Source: Nitrosopumilus sp. (lineage in GTDB: Archaea; Thermoproteota; Nitrososphaeria; Nitrososphaerales; Nitrosopumilaceae). From it: DNA of 64,000 nt. This document shows, piece by piece, positions 61,782 through 64,000 of this stretch (position 1 is the first letter of the stretch; each line of letters begins with the position of its first letter). The notes under the pieces were generated by a model that saw only the letters and a program-made list of their open reading frames with translations, was not told the DNA's origin and ran no database searches. The position numbers and the translations under genes are program-made. The stretch spans positions 1,088,001-1,152,000 of the forward strand of contig OY763927.2 in assembly GCA_963667665.2 (NCBI GenBank), given 5' to 3'.

Positions 61782-62338
61782 AGTAATTTTCTCACAGTTT
61801 CTTTTGCAACATCAATTACTTGTTGGGCAGTAAGATTATCTGTATTAATTATCAAATCAAATACTGACGTATCATCTCCAAAATCAAAGTTGTATAATTT
61901 TTTGTACAATGCCTTATTCTTATCAAATCGTTGTTTTGTAATTTCATATGCATCATCAGAATTCATTTTATCTCGTGATTGCATTCTTTTAGAACTGCTT
62001 GTATGAGAACCTTCAAGCCAAATTTTGATGCCATCTTTGATTAGCCAAGGTAATGTGTAACTGGTAATCACCATTCCACCCTGATTGTAAAGAGCAGTTA
62101 ATTTTTCATCTAGTTTTTTGTCAAATTCAGAATTTTGCTCACGTTTGTTGAGAAAATCAAGTCCGTCATCGGTATCCCACCAATCATCACCTGAAGAATC
62201 AAAACCTTGTTCTTTTGCCATTTCTTTTAGAACATCTCCACCGCTAAGATATTGTAATTGAAATTCTTCTGCTAATCCTTTAGCAACAGTTGTTTTTCCT
62301 ACTGCAGGAGGACCAGAAATAACAATGGATTTTGTCAA
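61778..62338 (-). CDS. cmk: Cytidylate kinase (archaeal type)
   Basis: ISGPPAVGKTT, SGG and FDLIINT motifs; conserved gene order. Confidence 0.9.
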   Translation of the reverse strand: MTKSIVISGPPAVGKTTVAKGLAEEFQLQYLSGGDVLKEMAKEQGFDSSGDDWWDTDDGLDFLNKREQNSEFDKKLDEKLTALYNQGGMVITSYTLPWLIKDGIKIWLEGSHTSSSKRMQSRDKMNSDDAYEITKQRFDKNKALYKKLYNFDFGDDTSVFDLIINTDNLTAQQVIDVAKETVRKLL

Positions 62339-62958
62339 GTACCCATTGTTGTTTTTGTTAGTTTCATGATCATTCCACTAAAAGCAATAGAGGAAAGAAA
62401 ATACCATGCCCAAAGATATATTGCATTTTCTTTGCCAAAACAAATATGATCAGGATCTGCTGCTTGCAAAGTAGTACATGTTAACGTGAAGAAATCTCCA
62501 GGAATTACATTTAGTGGAATTGGGGATAAAGCTACAGTGTATGAGAACAATTGTGGCAATACAAGATAAAATATCAATATCAAAGGTACAAATGTAATCA
62601 TTATAGGCCTCATATTCATCTGCATCATTTCCATTGACATTTTGTTCATGTATGATGATTTTTTGTTTAGTTCAGCTGTTTTTTCTGAATCTTTAGATCT
62701 CATGGCTCTCATTCTTTCTTTTTGCCATGCTCGTGTTTCCTTCATAATGCGTTTTAGTTTCACTTGATCAACCATCTTCTTTCTAACTCCAGCATTAAAC
62801 AAATTGAGAAGAATACCAAATCCAGTTACACAAAACAGCGAAAGAATTACTCCTTTGATTATTGGGTCATCACTTCCCAAAGCCTGTCTACCTTCTGTAA
62901 ACATTTCAAATTGAAGGGGTATTGATTCGATGAAAAGTAGAATAAAGTTGAAATCCAT
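62335..62958 (-). CDS. DUF106 / EMC3-TMCO1 (Oxa1 superfamily) membrane protein
   Basis: TM - coiled coil - MRP.MIT..P, WYFL motif; lies between adk and cmk. Confidence 0.88.
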   Translation of the reverse strand: MDFNFILLFIESIPLQFEMFTEGRQALGSDDPIIKGVILSLFCVTGFGILLNLFNAGVRKKMVDQVKLKRIMKETRAWQKERMRAMRSKDSEKTAELNKKSSYMNKMSMEMMQMNMRPIMITFVPLILIFYLVLPQLFSYTVALSPIPLNVIPGDFFTLTCTTLQAADPDHICFGKENAIYLWAWYFLSSIAFSGMIMKLTKTTMGT

Positions 62959-62961
62959 TTT

Positions 62962-63540
62962 TTACAGTCCTATTGAAGTAATTATTTTATCCACTGCTTC
63001 ATCAACCTTTCCCTCATCATTGAGAATATATCTTACTGGGGAACCGGTAATCACTACACACGCAGAAATCATGCCTGTTTGATATTCTAATTCTTTTTTA
63101 ATGTTAATTAGAGTAATTTTATCTCTATTTCGAGTATCATCTTTCATTCGTCTATTATAGATTTCTTCTGGTTTTGCAGAAACAGAAACAAAGTTTGTTG
63201 GTTTGATAATTTTCAAAACATGTTCTGGTAATCCAGGATAGTATCCTTCTGGAGAATGGATAAATGCATGAGTATCAATGATTACAAGTTCGTCAGTTTG
63301 TGCAGCAATTTTTTCAGCGACAATTTTTTGGAGATTTTGTTGCTCTTTTAGTGATAATTTTCTAAGTTCATCTCTTTCTTTCAAACCATTTTCCTTGGCA
63401 ATCTCAAACATCATAGTTCCAAAACTCAGTACATTGACACTTTTGTCATGACTTTTTATGATCTCAACAACTTTGGATAACAGAGTTGTTTTTCCAACAC
63501 CCGGTATTCCGGTCATTATTATTTTTCTATTTTCTGCCAA
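62962..63540 (-). CDS. adk: Adenylate kinase (archaeal type)
   Basis: GIPGVGKTT, RDELRKL, DTH and GYYPGLP motifs. Confidence 0.93.
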   Translation of the reverse strand: MAENRKIIMTGIPGVGKTTLLSKVVEIIKSHDKSVNVLSFGTMMFEIAKENGLKERDELRKLSLKEQQNLQKIVAEKIAAQTDELVIIDTHAFIHSPEGYYPGLPEHVLKIIKPTNFVSVSAKPEEIYNRRMKDDTRNRDKITLINIKKELEYQTGMISACVVITGSPVRYILNDEGKVDEAVDKIITSIGL

Positions 63541-64000
63541 GTAACGCACCCAAACGCGGCATAACCACTTCTACTTGTTCTCTCACTAATTGTGTATAAT
63601 AGTTGATGAGAATATCTACCATAAGTAAAATTCCAATTCCAGAACCAAATACACCAAGAACATCAGATACACCTGCCAAGAGACCTAAAATCATAGAGCC
63701 AACAATGGTTACTGATGGAATGTACTTGTTGAGTAATGCTTCAACTGGTTTGTTTGATCTTCTAAATCCAGGAATTTGAACATCTGCATCAAGTAAATTC
63801 TGAGCTGCACTCTTTGGCGATAAACCACCAAGTTCCACCCATAACTTACCAAACACAACTACAATTCCAATCATAAATATTACATAACCTACTGCACGCA
63901 TTGGATCTAAAACTGCAACATCCAAACCTCTAGGAGGAGTAATGTAATAGATGATACCACCTATTGGGGTATTGGGGCTAGTCGGATCAAATTGCGCTAT
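63527..64000 (-). CDS. secY: Preprotein translocase SecY, 3' part
   Basis: QIPGFRR, YIP and GSGIGILL motifs. Confidence 0.93.
   Translation of the reverse strand: MAQFDPTSPNTPIGGIIYYITPPRGLDVAVLDPMRAVGYVIFMIGIVVVFGKLWVELGGLSPKSAAQNLLDADVQIPGFRRSNKPVEALLNKYIPSVTIVGSMILGLLAGVSDVLGVFGSGIGILLMVDILINYYTQLVREQVEVVMPRLGALLGRK

Noticed and set aside
61778-62958. Absence of L34e and L14e genes around cmk
   Set aside because: A known lineage feature of Nitrosopumilus-type genomes, not new

Overview
AT-rich archaeal chromosome segment whose gene content and order point to a Nitrosopumilus-like ammonia-oxidising archaeon (Nitrososphaerota/Thaumarchaeota). Most of the window (1-10.3 kb and 26.3-64 kb) is intact core genome. 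It carries an ABC exporter, the exosome/Pcc1/prefoldin superoperon, rpoD-L18e-L13-S9, two tandem isopropylmalate/homoaconitate isomerase pairs, cofE, a 2-oxoacid:ferredoxin oxidoreductase, cbf5-cmk-DUF106-adk-secY and three tRNAs (Glu-CTC, Gly-GCC, intron-containing Ser-GGA). A ~15.9 kb genomic island is integrated at the 3' end of tRNA-Glu. It is bounded by an 18-bp direct repeat (10384-10401 / 26241-26258) with an 11-bp inverted repeat just inside both ends, and it begins with a truncated integrase-like ORF. The island is heavily eroded by nonsense codons, single-base homopolymer losses and deletion junctions. It encodes modular secreted/surface proteins, including a 1262-aa repeat protein with a C11 tract and a duplicated signal-peptide plus disulfide-module cassette. 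It also holds a decayed RelBE-like pair and a frameshifted gene that by eye resembles Cas8b. Outside the island, the ORF track misses several Cys-rich microproteins: a metallothionein-like 49-mer, an 8-Cys peptide ending in Gly-Gly upstream of korAB, and a C2H2 mini-protein under a perfect palindromic operator next to a candidate C/D-box sRNA. All calls are by eye; no database searches were run.
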